A stretch of 49,540 bases of DNA from positions 1 through 49,540 of IMG/VR virus record IMGVR_UViG_3300033406_000008, one strand, 5' to 3'. Shown in pieces: positions 26,396-36,018 of this stretch (its first letter is position 1; each line of letters begins with the position of its first letter). A program made the position numbers and the translations under genes. The notes beneath the pieces were generated by a model that saw only the letters and a list, made by a program, of their open reading frames with translations, was not told where the DNA came from and made no database searches. The DNA comes from a virus. Its lineage: Duplodnaviria > Caudoviricetes.

Positions 26396-26496
26396 GCTTT
26401 CTCACCTCATTTAAATCAATACAAGGAGGCCGGACCTGCCCCGGCCTTCGGGTCGAAGGATAGCATCCCCGTGCAACATTTTGCCCTTGTCGATAC

Positions 26497-27765
26497 TTAA
26501 CTTGATGCGCCTTTCCAACTGCGCTCTGTACGCATATCATCCTCGCAGGCATAGCGGCAGCTATCAATGCTGTGGTTGTTTTTATCCTCAAGCTTGCTCC
26601 GGATGTTGCCGTCTTTGTCGGTCTGGTAGTCGATGTCTTCGAATTCCTTGGCAGTACTCGGGCACCTATAAGGATCAATGATTATCTCGTCCAGATCATC
26701 AAGCCACTTTTCTCCATACTCGACGCTGCCAGGACCTTTTTCGGCTCCCTTGATACGGATACCATATCCCTTCATCTCGTCGATGGACTTTGGCTCCGCG
26801 CTGTCGGCGATTGACATGAAGCTATGCCAGCCTTTTTTCTTTATTTGCTCGGCCACATAGCGGTTGCTGAGCTTCACGCCGTAAATTTCGCCAAAGATAT
26901 AGAGAATACGGCGTTTTTTGTCTAAGTGGCAGCGGACAAAAGAAAAAGCATCTGCAGCATAACCCCAGTCAATCCCTTGTCTGATGTTATCGAAATGCTT
27001 GATTTCTTCGTCGGTGATCCGACGAAACGTCAGATTCGTAAAAGGCACTACGCCGCTGCCTATCGGCTCGCCAAGATATTCCCACCGATACTTGAATTCG
27101 TTTTTGGCTTTGATTTCGTTGGCTTCTTCGATGAACACCTTAGATACAAACGGGTTATCGAAAAAATTGCTGTGATGAACAAAGACGTTATCCGGTAGGA
27201 ACTGGGTCTCAAACTTTTTATTAACCCAGCTTTGCTTGCGCTTCGGCGGGTTGTATGAGTAGTAAATGTCGTAGTAGAGACCTTCCGGTAATTCCGAGCG
27301 AATAACCGAATTGACTATCGTCGAAACATCGTCCTCGGTCTTGAACTCGGCGAGCTCTTCCACCCATAGGATCGCGATTGGAAACATGCTTTTCTTTATC
27401 GATTTTATCTTTTCGGGCTTATCAGCACCGCGAAAGATGACCATATTGCCACGCGGTTTATAAATCAGACGTAGCGGGCTTTTCTGCTTCTTCCAAAGAT
27501 GCGAAACTCCCAGATACTCAATCGCCCAGATCAACTGCTCGTATACCGATTCTTCCAGCGTCGTGGCCACTTTTCTGACGGCCAGCGCATTTACAGGATT
27601 ACGCATCAGGTCATAAATAACCCGGATAGCGATATGGGTCGACTTCGAAGAGTTCCGACCGCCCTTCAGCACCTTGTAAAGCTTGCGGCGATCTTTCCGG
27701 TTACAGGCTTTCCAGAAGGGTTCGAACTTTGGTAAAACTTTTTCCGACATCTTAACCTGCGGCAT
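26497..27765 (-). CDS. terL: Terminase large subunit (PBSX family)
   Basis: KGGRNSSKS Walker A, LWVEE Walker [29 protein letters not shown]. Confidence 0.95.
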   Translation of the reverse strand: MPQVKMSEKVLPKFEPFWKACNRKDRRKLYKVLKGGRNSSKSTHIAIRVIYDLMRNPVNALAVRKVATTLEESVYEQLIWAIEYLGVSHLWKKQKSPLRLIYKPRGNMVIFRGADKPEKIKSIKKSMFPIAILWVEELAEFKTEDDVSTIVNSVIRSELPEGLYYDIYYSYNPPKRKQSWVNKKFETQFLPDNVFVHHSNFFDNPFVSKVFIEEANEIKAKNEFKYRWEYLGEPIGSGVVPFTNLTFRRITDEEIKHFDNIRQGIDWGYAADAFSFVRCHLDKKRRILYIFGEIYGVKLSNRYVAEQIKKKGWHSFMSIADSAEPKSIDEMKGYGIRIKGAEKGPGSVEYGEKWLDDLDEIIIDPYRCPSTAKEFEDIDYQTDKDGNIRSKLEDKNNHSIDSCRYACEDDMRTERSWKGASS

Positions 27766-28609
27766 CGTCATCGCCCCCGATGTCGTCAATAAACTGGACA
27801 GGCTCTGCATTTTCATCGATGACGCCGTTACGTTGTTTCAAAACCTCAAGCTTCTGTCCTTCAATCACAAGCTTGTCTTCTTCGATTTTCCGTTGCCACT
27901 TATCCGGCAGCCAGTCGAAATATTTGATTAGCTGTCCCCATGCCCACGTTTTGTCTGCTAGTTTAATGCTAACGCCATCGCGGCCCTGTTTGATCTCGGA
28001 TATAACCGAGGTGTCCAACATATTGCTGGCACCCAGATCAATGGTATTGACCATATGTGTTAATGGCTTTTTGGTTTTCTTGTCGAACACGGGACCAAAT
28101 GGGCCCATGACCTCAACTTCTTTTTGCCCGAACGCAATATAGTCCCCGATATCAGCGCCAACAACCTTCAAGCAAAACTCTAAAAAGTCCTGGATATCAA
28201 CGTGCAGTTCTTGACGAAACAGCGACCGCAGCCGATCCAGTTCCTGTTTTACCCGGGGACGTTGCAGCAGGTTGCAGCCGATAGCCTTGGCGCTATTCTT
28301 ATTTGCGCCGTAACTAGCGAGCAAAGCGGCCTGCGTCGCGTTCCAAGTCCGGACGTAGTGATAACAGAAGAGCTGCTCTTTATCGTTCAGCTCTTCGTCG
28401 GGCTCAATATTTTTTTGCACACCTTTGCACACTTTTTCATTTTTGTGTGCATTGTGTGCAGTTTTTTTTACTGGTTTATTGCGTTCCCATTTATGTCGCG
28501 TTTTCCATGATTTTACGGTATCGACTGAAACATTATATTTTGCCGCTATATCCTGGTATTTCATTCCAAGAACATAGTCGCGTTCAGCCAGTTCGTAGGT
28601 CTTGGACAC
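27752..28609 (-). CDS. terS: Terminase small subunit
   Basis: N-terminal HTH ([17 protein letters not shown]), NATQAA..ASY motif, [18 protein letters not shown]. Confidence 0.9.
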   Translation of the reverse strand: MSKTYELAERDYVLGMKYQDIAAKYNVSVDTVKSWKTRHKWERNKPVKKTAHNAHKNEKVCKGVQKNIEPDEELNDKEQLFCYHYVRTWNATQAALLASYGANKNSAKAIGCNLLQRPRVKQELDRLRSLFRQELHVDIQDFLEFCLKVVGADIGDYIAFGQKEVEVMGPFGPVFDKKTKKPLTHMVNTIDLGASNMLDTSVISEIKQGRDGVSIKLADKTWAWGQLIKYFDWLPDKWQRKIEEDKLVIEGQKLEVLKQRNGVIDENAEPVQFIDDIGGDDDAAG

Positions 28610-29183
28610 TATCACCACCCGCCAATATATCCTGTACGTCGTGCCCGAATCCACTCCAATTTAGGCCATACCGCTCAATTATGCTGGTGAAATCTTCAAT
28701 ATCGTGAGGCTCAACCCGTAATCCTTTGGGCCCAATCCCGACATGTTTCAGTTCATGAAACATCAGGAGTTTCTTTTGGTTGTCAGTCATGTAGTAAGTG
28801 TTCGGAAAATAGAACGTGATCAAAAAGTCAAACGGCAAATAAGCCCGATAAACCGGCTCAATCTTCCTGCAATCTGCATGGATGACTCTGCCGGATTGCT
28901 TTTTGGACTTATAACTAACAACGTAGCCAACCTTGATTTCATTGAGCAGGATATAGGCAAGCGATGGCATACCGGCGAGAACCTTTTCTCCAAGCTGTCG
29001 AAGCTCATCGGACGTTTCGCACTCAAAGACATCAAGCTCTCGCGCATAATCACGGGTCAGTTCTTCCCGTCGGTGCAAATCTTGCTCTTCGCCGAGTTTA
29101 TACAGCGCTCGCAGCGCTTCACAAATCCAGCCTTTCGTTTTGCACATATTTTTATTGACACAGCCTGCGCAGAGGGTATTCAT
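28584..29183 (-). CDS. Putative phage metallopeptidase
   Basis: HELKH (HExxH) and HDIEDF..IIERYG. Confidence 0.8.
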   Translation of the reverse strand: MNTLCAGCVNKNMCKTKGWICEALRALYKLGEEQDLHRREELTRDYARELDVFECETSDELRQLGEKVLAGMPSLAYILLNEIKVGYVVSYKSKKQSGRVIHADCRKIEPVYRAYLPFDFLITFYFPNTYYMTDNQKKLLMFHELKHVGIGPKGLRVEPHDIEDFTSIIERYGLNWSGFGHDVQDILAGGDSVQDLRTG

Positions 29184-29389
29184 TTCAAAATCCCCTTTAT
29201 TCGATTTTTCCACCGTCGATTGCCTCGCTCAAGGTCATACCGAAGGGCGTCTGTATGCACAACCGCAGACCTCGGAACCGGATCATAGCACTCAACTTGC
29301 CCAACGCCGTCAATGCCGATGCGTCGGGCTATGCAAATGTCACGGCCATGCTTGGCGCAGTCGGTTAGTTTGCAATCTACGGTTGGCAT
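29180..29389 (-). CDS. Small Cys-rich protein (DUF1540-like)
   Basis: VDCKLTDCAKH..C.A..I pattern; AAGGAGG SD. Confidence 0.6.
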   Translation of the reverse strand: MPTVDCKLTDCAKHGRDICIARRIGIDGVGQVECYDPVPRSAVVHTDALRYDLERGNRRWKNRIKGILK

Positions 29390-29410
29390 CTGGCACCTCC
29401 TTTTGGGCAT

Positions 29411-29444
29411 AAAGAAAAGAGACTGCCGAAATCGACAGTCTCTC
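29411..29444 (-). terminator. Terminator in the late-operon leader
   Basis: Minus strand AGAGACTGTCG..CGGCAGTCTCT followed by TTTCTTT. Confidence 0.75.
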
Positions 29445-29477
29445 GTATTTGTATTTGGGGTCCGTTCTCCAATTGTC

Positions 29478-29506
29478 ATAATAAATTATGGCACTAAGTT
29501 TGTCAA
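29478..29506 (-). promoter_or_regulatory. Putative late promoter
   Basis: TTGACA-N17-TATTAT upstream of the packaging operon. Confidence 0.75.
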
Positions 29507-29509
29507 TAT

Positions 29510-29818
29510 TTATTTTAAAAATCCTTCAAACCCATTATCGATGAAAGTCTTAGTTCCCTTCTTTTTCGCGCGTTTTCCCGATTTTGACCCTCCCGGAGGA
29601 ATCTTGTATTTTTCCGGCAATGAGCGCGAAATGTATGAATTTGTTGTCAAGTCGTTTTTGACTTTTTGACTTTCTGTTCCCGATATCGGGAACCAGACTT
29701 CAATCCCGCAGATTGGGCATTTGTGGTGATCTTCGTCGATTATTTCAAGCACGAAAATTTGTCCAAGATCTTTATAGCATGATAGGCAATACCACTGTTT
29801 TCGTTTCTCGCTTTCCAA
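29510..29818 (-). CDS. Zinc-ribbon protein with basic tail; candidate late regulator
   Basis: CLSC..CPIC; last early gene before the late promoter. Confidence 0.6.
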   Translation of the reverse strand: MESEKRKQWYCLSCYKDLGQIFVLEIIDEDHHKCPICGIEVWFPISGTESQKVKNDLTTNSYISRSLPEKYKIPPGGSKSGKRAKKKGTKTFIDNGFEGFLK

Positions 29819-29844
29819 TCTTCGCCCACTCCTCCCCCGCTACC

Positions 29845-30612
29845 CTACGCCGTTTTTCGTGTAATTCTGAACGTCTCTTCAATCATCCGGATGACTGTTG
29901 GCAGATCGTTATACTGATCCGGGTTGATTCCTGCCGGGTAAAATTGCCGAAGCAGCGGCCCGATCGGAGCCTCGACATTTTCCGTTTTAACTGGCGCTGG
30001 AACTGGATCCGGATCCGCTGCCGGAATATTTATTGGAATATTTTCTGCCGATTTTGGGGAATAAATTTCACTGTTTTTGCAAACATCATTCATGGAAGCA
30101 ATTTCGGCATCCACCCGCTTTAGTTCAGCGTCCAGTTCTTCGTCGGTCAAAATTTTCTCTGGCTCTTCAGTCACGGGCGTCGCTCTCGCTTTTTCGTCGC
30201 ACGCTTGTCGATAACTTTGTCCCGGCCGCGACTTAACTATTAAATTAGCGGCCGGTTTCTCTAGGTTCCCGCTTTTTGCCGCCCTGTTCGGCCCGCCACG
30301 TTTTGCAGGCGGAAGCTCCCACCCTTTTATCATCGCATGAAACAAGTTGCTATAGCCGTGAAACTCTTTCATGATTTCCATCCGAGTCAGCCCGTACGCT
30401 TCCATCTCCACAAACAGTTCTTTTGTTAGGTCCTTGGGTTCCATTCGCTGCACCTTACCGTCCCACGGCAACTTGATCTTCAGCCTCAGCGCTTCTGCTG
30501 GCGTCGGTTTCCGGCTGGTGCATGGATCCGGCTGGCTCTGTTCAGCGCTACCGTCCGCCAACGGTATTCTTCCGAAACCACCGACCCCGAGCGTTCTTGC
30601 TCCTATTGGCAT
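29845..30612 (-). CDS. Hypothetical protein
   Basis: 255-aa ORF in operon orientation with GAGGT SD. Confidence 0.65.
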   Translation of the reverse strand: MPIGARTLGVGGFGRIPLADGSAEQSQPDPCTSRKPTPAEALRLKIKLPWDGKVQRMEPKDLTKELFVEMEAYGLTRMEIMKEFHGYSNLFHAMIKGWELPPAKRGGPNRAAKSGNLEKPAANLIVKSRPGQSYRQACDEKARATPVTEEPEKILTDEELDAELKRVDAEIASMNDVCKNSEIYSPKSAENIPINIPAADPDPVPAPVKTENVEAPIGPLLRQFYPAGINPDQYNDLPTVIRMIEETFRITRKTA

Positions 30613-30947
30613 GCTGTTTCTACCTCACTTTCTTTTACCTTATTTTCGGACGCTGACGTCAAACATGATTTACAAATCACGTACTTTTTGCCGTTAGATC
30701 TATTTTGGACTATGTCTGTGGCCGGCAGCTGCTCGCAGAACTGACACTTGATTTCCCCGGCCTCAAATGCTCTCATTTGCTCAGCTTTTCTCAGTTGCTC
30801 CAAATATTTCGGATTCACTGCCCGGGTGCAGTTTGGATGTTCGTAATTATCGTCAACATTGATCATCTGTCCCCCAGAGTAATGGCACTTCGAGCAAGTG
30901 ATTATGTAGCCGGTACGCTGAACTTTCGGCATATCTTTACATCGCAT
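30603..30947 (-). CDS. Cys-rich hypothetical protein
   Basis: Several CxxC pairs; overlaps neighbours. Confidence 0.6.
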   Translation of the reverse strand: MRCKDMPKVQRTGYIITCSKCHYSGGQMINVDDNYEHPNCTRAVNPKYLEQLRKAEQMRAFEAGEIKCQFCEQLPATDIVQNRSNGKKYVICKSCLTSASENKVKESEVETACQ

Positions 30948-31164
30948 GATCGTCTAACCCTCGCTTTCCTGTGTTTTTCTCTCCGGTGGCTGCGGAGGAG
31001 GTCCGGGCCTTGGAGCCATCGGCGGGAGGTGAGCCTTCCCGCCGATGGAGTTCTTCCTCCCGGCTGCAGTCGCCACTGACCCGGCACATTGCAAAAATTA
31101 TCCCGCCAATAACCATGCAGACAAGAACGAGAATAAAAAGGCCGGAGTACCCGATCGTGATCAT
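30937..31164 (-). CDS. Small membrane protein
   Basis: N-terminal TM helix; AAGGAGG SD. Confidence 0.6.
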   Translation of the reverse strand: MITIGYSGLFILVLVCMVIGGIIFAMCRVSGDCSREEELHRREGSPPADGSKARTSSAATGEKNTGKRGLDDHAM

Positions 31165-31796
31165 GTTGTTGCCTCCTTTTTAAGTGCGGATTTGGCGAAC
31201 TCACGGACGGCAGACGGCGTACCGCTAAACGTGGTCAATTGTTCCAATGCTTTACGCAATTCGGTTCGCTCGGCGAGAAGGGTGGAGGCGGCAGTATCAA
31301 TAGTTTCAGGTACCCATATGCTCTTCCAATCATCGCAGATAAATCCGCAGAACGCTTCTCGCTCTTTCTCGCTGTGGCGCTCACATGTTCCGTCGCAGTT
31401 ATGAGAGTGACAGTTTTTGCAGCGCTTTAGTTTTTGAATTGCGTCCCATAAAACAGCTACCTGCGCTTCGGCTTGCTCACATCGCGCAACCCGCATTTCA
31501 TACGCCGACCTCCAAACAAGGGTTTCGGCTTTTGATTTGTCTAGATCAGTTTCGGCCTGCTCGGCGCGTTCGTTTAGCGCATCAATTTCAGTACAAGCCG
31601 CCTTAACAGACGCTTCATGAACAGATTTCAACCCAGAGAATCGTTCCCGCTCTGCCGCAAGCGCCTGCTCGGATTCAGAAACGCGGGATTCGAGGCCGAT
31701 TTCGGCCGGTGTTTTTCGGCATAATCTACAAATCATCAATCCTTTTTGGGGATAGAGACTATAACCAGTTCCAATAAACTCATGTTTGCACTCCAT
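31161..31796 (-). CDS. Coiled-coil hypothetical protein with Cys clusters
   Basis: Heptad-rich ERAEQAE segments; GGAGG SD. Confidence 0.65.
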   Translation of the reverse strand: MECKHEFIGTGYSLYPQKGLMICRLCRKTPAEIGLESRVSESEQALAAERERFSGLKSVHEASVKAACTEIDALNERAEQAETDLDKSKAETLVWRSAYEMRVARCEQAEAQVAVLWDAIQKLKRCKNCHSHNCDGTCERHSEKEREAFCGFICDDWKSIWVPETIDTAASTLLAERTELRKALEQLTTFSGTPSAVREFAKSALKKEATT

Positions 31797-31969
31797 CAGC
31801 TTTCGGCCTCCCACCCATCAATAATTTTTGCATTGTCATAAATAACATCAAATTCAATTCCGCAGCCGCACTCAAAGCTAGCAGTTACATTGTCCACATG
31901 ATATTCAAGAGAAAAAACAAGCGTATCGCCGCCGCATTTTGGGCAATTGCCGGTAAAAGGTTGCATCAT
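31796..31969 (-). CDS. 57-aa zinc-ribbon peptide, not in the ORF track
   Basis: MMQPFTGNCPKCGG..FECGCG; AAGGAGG SD. Confidence 0.55.
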   Translation of the reverse strand: MMQPFTGNCPKCGGDTLVFSLEYHVDNVTASFECGCGIEFDVIYDNAKIIDGWEAES

Positions 31970-32112
31970 TCGGCCTCCTTCTCAATCCACTTATTAAGTT
32001 CATCCCTTAAAACTACCAATTCATTAAAGTTAAACCATGAAACAATGTTTTTATCCATAACTTCTAGCCATGTGTGTTCCCCGAATTTGCTTCGATATAT
32101 TTTTACTTTCAT
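31966..32112 (-). CDS. 48-aa hypothetical peptide, not in the ORF track
   Basis: MKVKIYRSKFGEHTWLEV...; GAGGTG SD; stop overlaps next start. Confidence 0.5.
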   Translation of the reverse strand: MKVKIYRSKFGEHTWLEVMDKNIVSWFNFNELVVLRDELNKWIEKEAE

Positions 32113-32198
32113 CACCTCAACCCCTCCCTATCAAAATTCCAACCACCACAGCAACTACCAGCCAGAACAGCCATGCAGACGTACGCGGTCCTCGTTAG

Positions 32199-32429
32199 TC
32201 ATTTTGATGCCTCCTGCACTTTATACCGATTGGCATTATAAGTGTTTTTTCTCTGTCCGCCGTAAAACAACCAAGGCTTTCTTGCCGCAATATATGTTTC
32301 TGCGTCTTTTTTACTTGTAAAAACCTTGACAACAAAGCTATATATCGGTTCGTGCCATCCCGTTTCCGTAGGTTTATTATCATAAATCCACTTAGTTACA
32401 ATCCAAACTGCCGTTACTGTTACAGACAT
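32199..32429 (-). CDS. Hypothetical protein
   Basis: GGAGGTG SD; abuts upstream stop. Confidence 0.55.
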   Translation of the reverse strand: MSVTVTAVWIVTKWIYDNKPTETGWHEPIYSFVVKVFTSKKDAETYIAARKPWLFYGGQRKNTYNANRYKVQEASK

Positions 32430-32717
32430 TTATCTCTGCACCTCCGCTTCTTTTTCGAGCCATGCGAGCCAGCATGCGGCGCAGTCTACGACGTTCCCGC
32501 AATCAGGCTTTTCGGTAAAATCGCAGCACCCTTGTTGTAATTTGTCAACCGCCACGTCCATCATCTTGTCCTTCTTGGCAATCTCTGCCGCCTGTTGCTC
32601 GATTAGTGCGGCGATCTCTCCAATGTCAATTACGCTGCCGTGTCTCCCAACACTTACAAACTGCCGTGCAAGATGTTTTAAAATATAAATTGCGCCCTGC
32701 GTTGTCATTTCAGCCAT
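32430..32717 (-). CDS. Hypothetical protein
   Basis: GGAGGGG SD; C-terminal C..C..CW motif. Confidence 0.6.
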   Translation of the reverse strand: MAEMTTQGAIYILKHLARQFVSVGRHGSVIDIGEIAALIEQQAAEIAKKDKMMDVAVDKLQQGCCDFTEKPDCGNVVDCAACWLAWLEKEAEVQR

Positions 32718-32733
32718 TGCCTGCCCCCTCCCC

Positions 32734-32946
32734 TCAGTGCCTATACGCTGGCGGCCCGCCCGCCTTAAACTTGTGACATGCCTGCCGATTTGGCTTAACC
32801 GCTGTTGCGACCGGCCGCCCGTCCCGCTGGTCGATCTCGTAGCATACCGGCTTGCCCGGTCCGTAGGACGCGGTATTTAGGTTCAGGCACTCGTGGCAAG
32901 TAATCAGCTTGCCGCCGTGTTTGCCTCTTGGGCTCATTCCGAACAT
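32734..32946 (-). CDS. Small Cys-rich hypothetical protein
   Basis: AGGAGG SD; TCHEC..C..AC.KF. Confidence 0.6.
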   Translation of the reverse strand: MFGMSPRGKHGGKLITCHECLNLNTASYGPGKPVCYEIDQRDGRPVATAVKPNRQACHKFKAGGPPAYRH

Positions 32947-33006
32947 GTTAATCCCTCCTAATCGTTTGTCTCGGATTCACGCGCGCGAGGGAAATGTCAA
33001 CAAAAG

Positions 33007-33363
33007 TCAACTCTCCACTGCCGCAATATCAATAATAGTTTTCCGTTGCAAGCCTTTAGCGAAGGCCCACGTCACTTTCACCCAATCGTTCCTGTCGTCC
33101 TGCAGGATCCCCGCGTTGACCAGTCCGTCCATGATCGCCTTGGGCGCGTAGTTGTCGAGATCACGGCGGCGCACAACCGGGAAAACTAGCGCAATGTGAA
33201 CCGTGGCCAGCTTGTATTCCGGACGCCCTGCCTTGGCCGTCAGGCATGCAGCTTTCACGAGCCATGCCCAATCCTTCTTGATCTGCTGCTGCTGCGACCA
33301 GTGCAACGTCGTCCATTGGTTCAAGCTTGGCGGCGTCCCCTCAATTTCAAGCCTAATCATCAT
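33007..33363 (-). CDS. rusA: RusA-like Holliday junction resolvase
   Basis: PPSLN and RRRDLDNY.PKAIMDGL..AGILQDD catalytic motif. Confidence 0.85.
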   Translation of the reverse strand: MMIRLEIEGTPPSLNQWTTLHWSQQQQIKKDWAWLVKAACLTAKAGRPEYKLATVHIALVFPVVRRRDLDNYAPKAIMDGLVNAGILQDDRNDWVKVTWAFAKGLQRKTIIDIAAVES

Positions 33364-34088
33364 GCACTCCTCGCCTGACGCAGCGAGCTGCCAGAGAACT
33401 TTACAACCTCCGATGTCTGCCGGATCCGGTCAAATATTCTGGCTGCATAAGTCTTGGCCAGCCGATCACTCGTCAAATTACTGGTAATAATAATCGGCTT
33501 CATGCGGTTGTATCGCTCACTGACAATCGCGTCGATCTTAGTGTGGACCCACCCCTCAGAATGTTCAGCCCCCAGATCGTCCAGGAGCAATATCCCGACA
33601 TTGCGCAGCCGGTCCTCAAACTTTGCCCACTCTTCCCGGCTCGTGTCCTTCAGCGTGAATAGCGTGTCGAGGAGTGACGGCATCGTAATAAACATTCCGC
33701 TGATCCCAGCCTTCAGGCCTTCCTGCAACACCGCCACCGCAAGTGACGTTTTTAAGGTTCCGACCGGTCCGAGCAGAGCCAGCCCCATGCCGTACTCGAC
33801 GTGTTCGGCGATATGGTCAGCGTGATACTTGACCCGCCGGTACCCGTCTTTCACCTGTTCCGGTATTCCCTGAGCCTCAATATTTTCAAACGTACAATTG
33901 CGGTACCTGCGTTCAATCCCTGAGCGTTCAAGCGTGCGAAGCCATTCCTTACGCTCTTTGGCCTGCTGCTCCCGCTCACGTTCCTTCTCCATCTCCCCAG
34001 CCAGGAGTGGATCGATCTCGCTCATATTCATCTGGCGTCGGATCCCTTCTATGGCCGCCCGAAAGTCCATTTTGTCTGTGTCTGCCAT
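33360..34088 (-). CDS. DnaC/IstB-like helicase loader ATPase
   Basis: GPVGTLKT Walker A variant, LLLDDLGAE Walker B, IIITSNL, RIFDRI. Confidence 0.9.
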   Translation of the reverse strand: MADTDKMDFRAAIEGIRRQMNMSEIDPLLAGEMEKEREREQQAKERKEWLRTLERSGIERRYRNCTFENIEAQGIPEQVKDGYRRVKYHADHIAEHVEYGMGLALLGPVGTLKTSLAVAVLQEGLKAGISGMFITMPSLLDTLFTLKDTSREEWAKFEDRLRNVGILLLDDLGAEHSEGWVHTKIDAIVSERYNRMKPIIITSNLTSDRLAKTYAARIFDRIRQTSEVVKFSGSSLRQARSA

Positions 34089-34893
34089 TGGCCTCAACCT
34101 CCCACGGTTTATCATCCAGTTTATATTTTGATACCCACGCCTGCAGGATCGTGTCCACGTACCTGATCGACTTAGCCTTACTCAAGGCCGCCTGCTTTAT
34201 CGCCTCGATTATCCAGTCCCTAGGCATCGTCTCGATCCAGTCACCGATCATATCCGCCTCGACCTGGTTACTCACCATGCAAATATTTTTCGTCAGTAGG
34301 TCAACAACAACAACCCGAGTTCCCGTTTCTTCTTCCGGTTTTTCTTCCGGTGAGTTAGTAGTAATTGTTGTTGTTGTAGTAATATCTTCACTTCTCTTTA
34401 CTTCACTTCTCTTTACTTTGTCGTTTTCTGTCATGGGAATAAGGGGGGTATCCGAATTAATGTATACGGAAACTTCCTCATGGTCTGGTTTGCGTATACC
34501 GATACTGCTTTCCCGTATACCGAAACTTGGTTTTGATGGAGGCATTTGCTGACGTCTTTTATAAAGTGGCCGCAGCCCTTCAATAAAATTATCCGACCAG
34601 ATCACGTGGTAAGATTCCCAAAGCTCAGAATCAATGGCTCCCATTTCGGACAGTTTATTAATAATATCCAGCGCCGTCTCCTCACTGATCCGCGCATAGG
34701 TGTATAGATATTCCCAGTCATCTTTCTTCCGGCAGTCGTAAAAATGCCCCGGAGCGTTACCCATGCACTCCAATAATTTAAACCACAGCGCGTATCCGTC
34801 GTTTCCCCACCGGCCCTCAATGATGAACATGGTTTTCTTATGGGTGGTCATGTGGGGAAAATAATCAGCAGTATTTTTAGTTGGTCTGCCCAT
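33976..34893 (-). CDS. Phage replication initiator (DUF4373-like N-terminus, DnaD-like C-terminus)
   Basis: MGRP..DYFPH, GNDGYALWFKLLE; IIEAIKQA..KSIRYVDTILQAW. Confidence 0.85.
   Translation of the reverse strand: MGRPTKNTADYFPHMTTHKKTMFIIEGRWGNDGYALWFKLLECMGNAPGHFYDCRKKDDWEYLYTYARISEETALDIINKLSEMGAIDSELWESYHVIWSDNFIEGLRPLYKRRQQMPPSKPSFGIRESSIGIRKPDHEEVSVYINSDTPLIPMTENDKVKRSEVKRSEDITTTTTITTNSPEEKPEEETGTRVVVVDLLTKNICMVSNQVEADMIGDWIETMPRDWIIEAIKQAALSKAKSIRYVDTILQAWVSKYKLDDKPWEVEANGRHRQNGLSGGHRRDPTPDEYERDRSTPGWGDGEGT
34386..34527. repeat. Putative replication origin inside the initiator gene (iterons and 15-bp tandem repeat)
   Basis: GTATAC(C/G)GA(A/T)ACT at 34462, 34494, 34515; (CTTCACTTCTCTTTA)x2 at 34386-34415. 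Confidence 0.65.
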
Positions 34894-34909
34894 GCCGCGC
34901 CTCCATGTA

Positions 34910-35857
34910 TCAGTGTGATTCAACCGCGATAAATGCGTCGCGGATCCTATCAAGGTCAATAATCGGTTTTTGCCTCAGCTTAATTGCTGCATTTCTGGCA
35001 GTCGCAATCATTCTTAAAAACAATTCCGCTTTTGGCCATTGATCCTGAGGCAATACTTTCCGGTAATGCGTCCCGCCATAGCCAAATTGTGGTTTTGATG
35101 GAGGGCACAACTGACCCTTGGCCTCAAGCCTTTCAATCAAGCCACGCACTGCCATAGCGGAGCGCCCGACATGATTCGCAATAAGGTCCGGAGTATAACC
35201 TGCGAAGTGCAATTTCTTTGCAGTATCGACGTCTTGCTGTTTCCAGGGAGTATGGTTATCGGCCCTAACCGGGCGCTCTTTGACGCCAAGGTCATAGATG
35301 CGCCTTTTTAATGCGCCTTCCGTCCGGTCCAGTCGTTCTGCGATTTCCCGATATCCGTAACAGTGTTGAGCCAGCAGCCGAAGTAGATATGAATCGTCTT
35401 CCGGTGTCCATGGCAACGCCTTATACTTATCCCTTGCCCTGATATCCGCCTGGCGTTTAATATCTACCCACCCGGGCTCTCTGTCAGGCAGGGCGCCAAC
35501 TTTTAGTTTGGAAAAATCAAGAAGATTTTTATGGAGTTCCGCCCATTCCCAAAAGTCAGCCAGTTTAATCACGGCAAATTTCTTATGAATACTTTTCTTA
35601 TACTTAACAGGCAGCTCATGGTTAATCCATGACTTTTTGCTCTGCTGATAGTTGTTAATTTGCCCCAGTGCCGTCATCAGTTGACAAAATGTTATCTCGT
35701 CCCCTGCGTGGAGATGGCGCCCCAGTTTTAATTTTCCGGCCTTAAGTTTTATGGCATCAACGGTTCGACCAAGATCATTTGCAATCCTTGGGATAGGTTT
35801 TTTACCCCAGTTTTCTTTCAAAAAAACTACTTGTTCAACAGGCCACGCCGCTGGCAT
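34910..35857 (-). CDS. Protein with three Myb/GcrA-like HTH repeats
   Basis: W..E...L....IA..L.RT..A repeats at the N-terminus and twice in the C-terminal half. Confidence 0.7.
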   Translation of the reverse strand: MPAAWPVEQVVFLKENWGKKPIPRIANDLGRTVDAIKLKAGKLKLGRHLHAGDEITFCQLMTALGQINNYQQSKKSWINHELPVKYKKSIHKKFAVIKLADFWEWAELHKNLLDFSKLKVGALPDREPGWVDIKRQADIRARDKYKALPWTPEDDSYLLRLLAQHCYGYREIAERLDRTEGALKRRIYDLGVKERPVRADNHTPWKQQDVDTAKKLHFAGYTPDLIANHVGRSAMAVRGLIERLEAKGQLCPPSKPQFGYGGTHYRKVLPQDQWPKAELFLRMIATARNAAIKLRQKPIIDLDRIRDAFIAVESH

Positions 35858-35878
35858 AAAATCACTTCCCCATAATAT

Positions 35879-36018
35879 CCATCACCTTGGCAGTCGTTCC
35901 GATCGGCCTGCCGCCGCCAAGGTGATGGCCTCATTTATTCAGTACATCAGTCATCATGCTTCTATCAAAACGGACTTGGCATCAAGCCGATCGGAGAGCC
36001 CTATCATTTGCCAAGCCC
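35879..36018 (-). ncRNA. Putative structured RNA: two hairpins with complementary loops
   Basis: 10-bp stem 36018-36009/35981-35972 and perfect 13-bp stem 35928-35916/35891-35879; loops TCCGATCGGCTTG and CAGGCCGATCGGA pair. Confidence 0.55.

Noticed and set aside
26421-26490. c-di-GMP-I riboswitch (GGGCAAA..GGGAUGC resemblance) or a functional tRNA
   Set aside because: Lacks the GNRA-capped P2 and GCAAAG; no 7-nt anticodon loop, TTC or CCA
35939-35958. Hammerhead core or C/D-box (AUGAUGA..CUGA) between the two hairpins
   Set aside because: CUGAUGU is not CUGAUGA, no correctly placed GAAA, and no flanking stem to form a kink-turn
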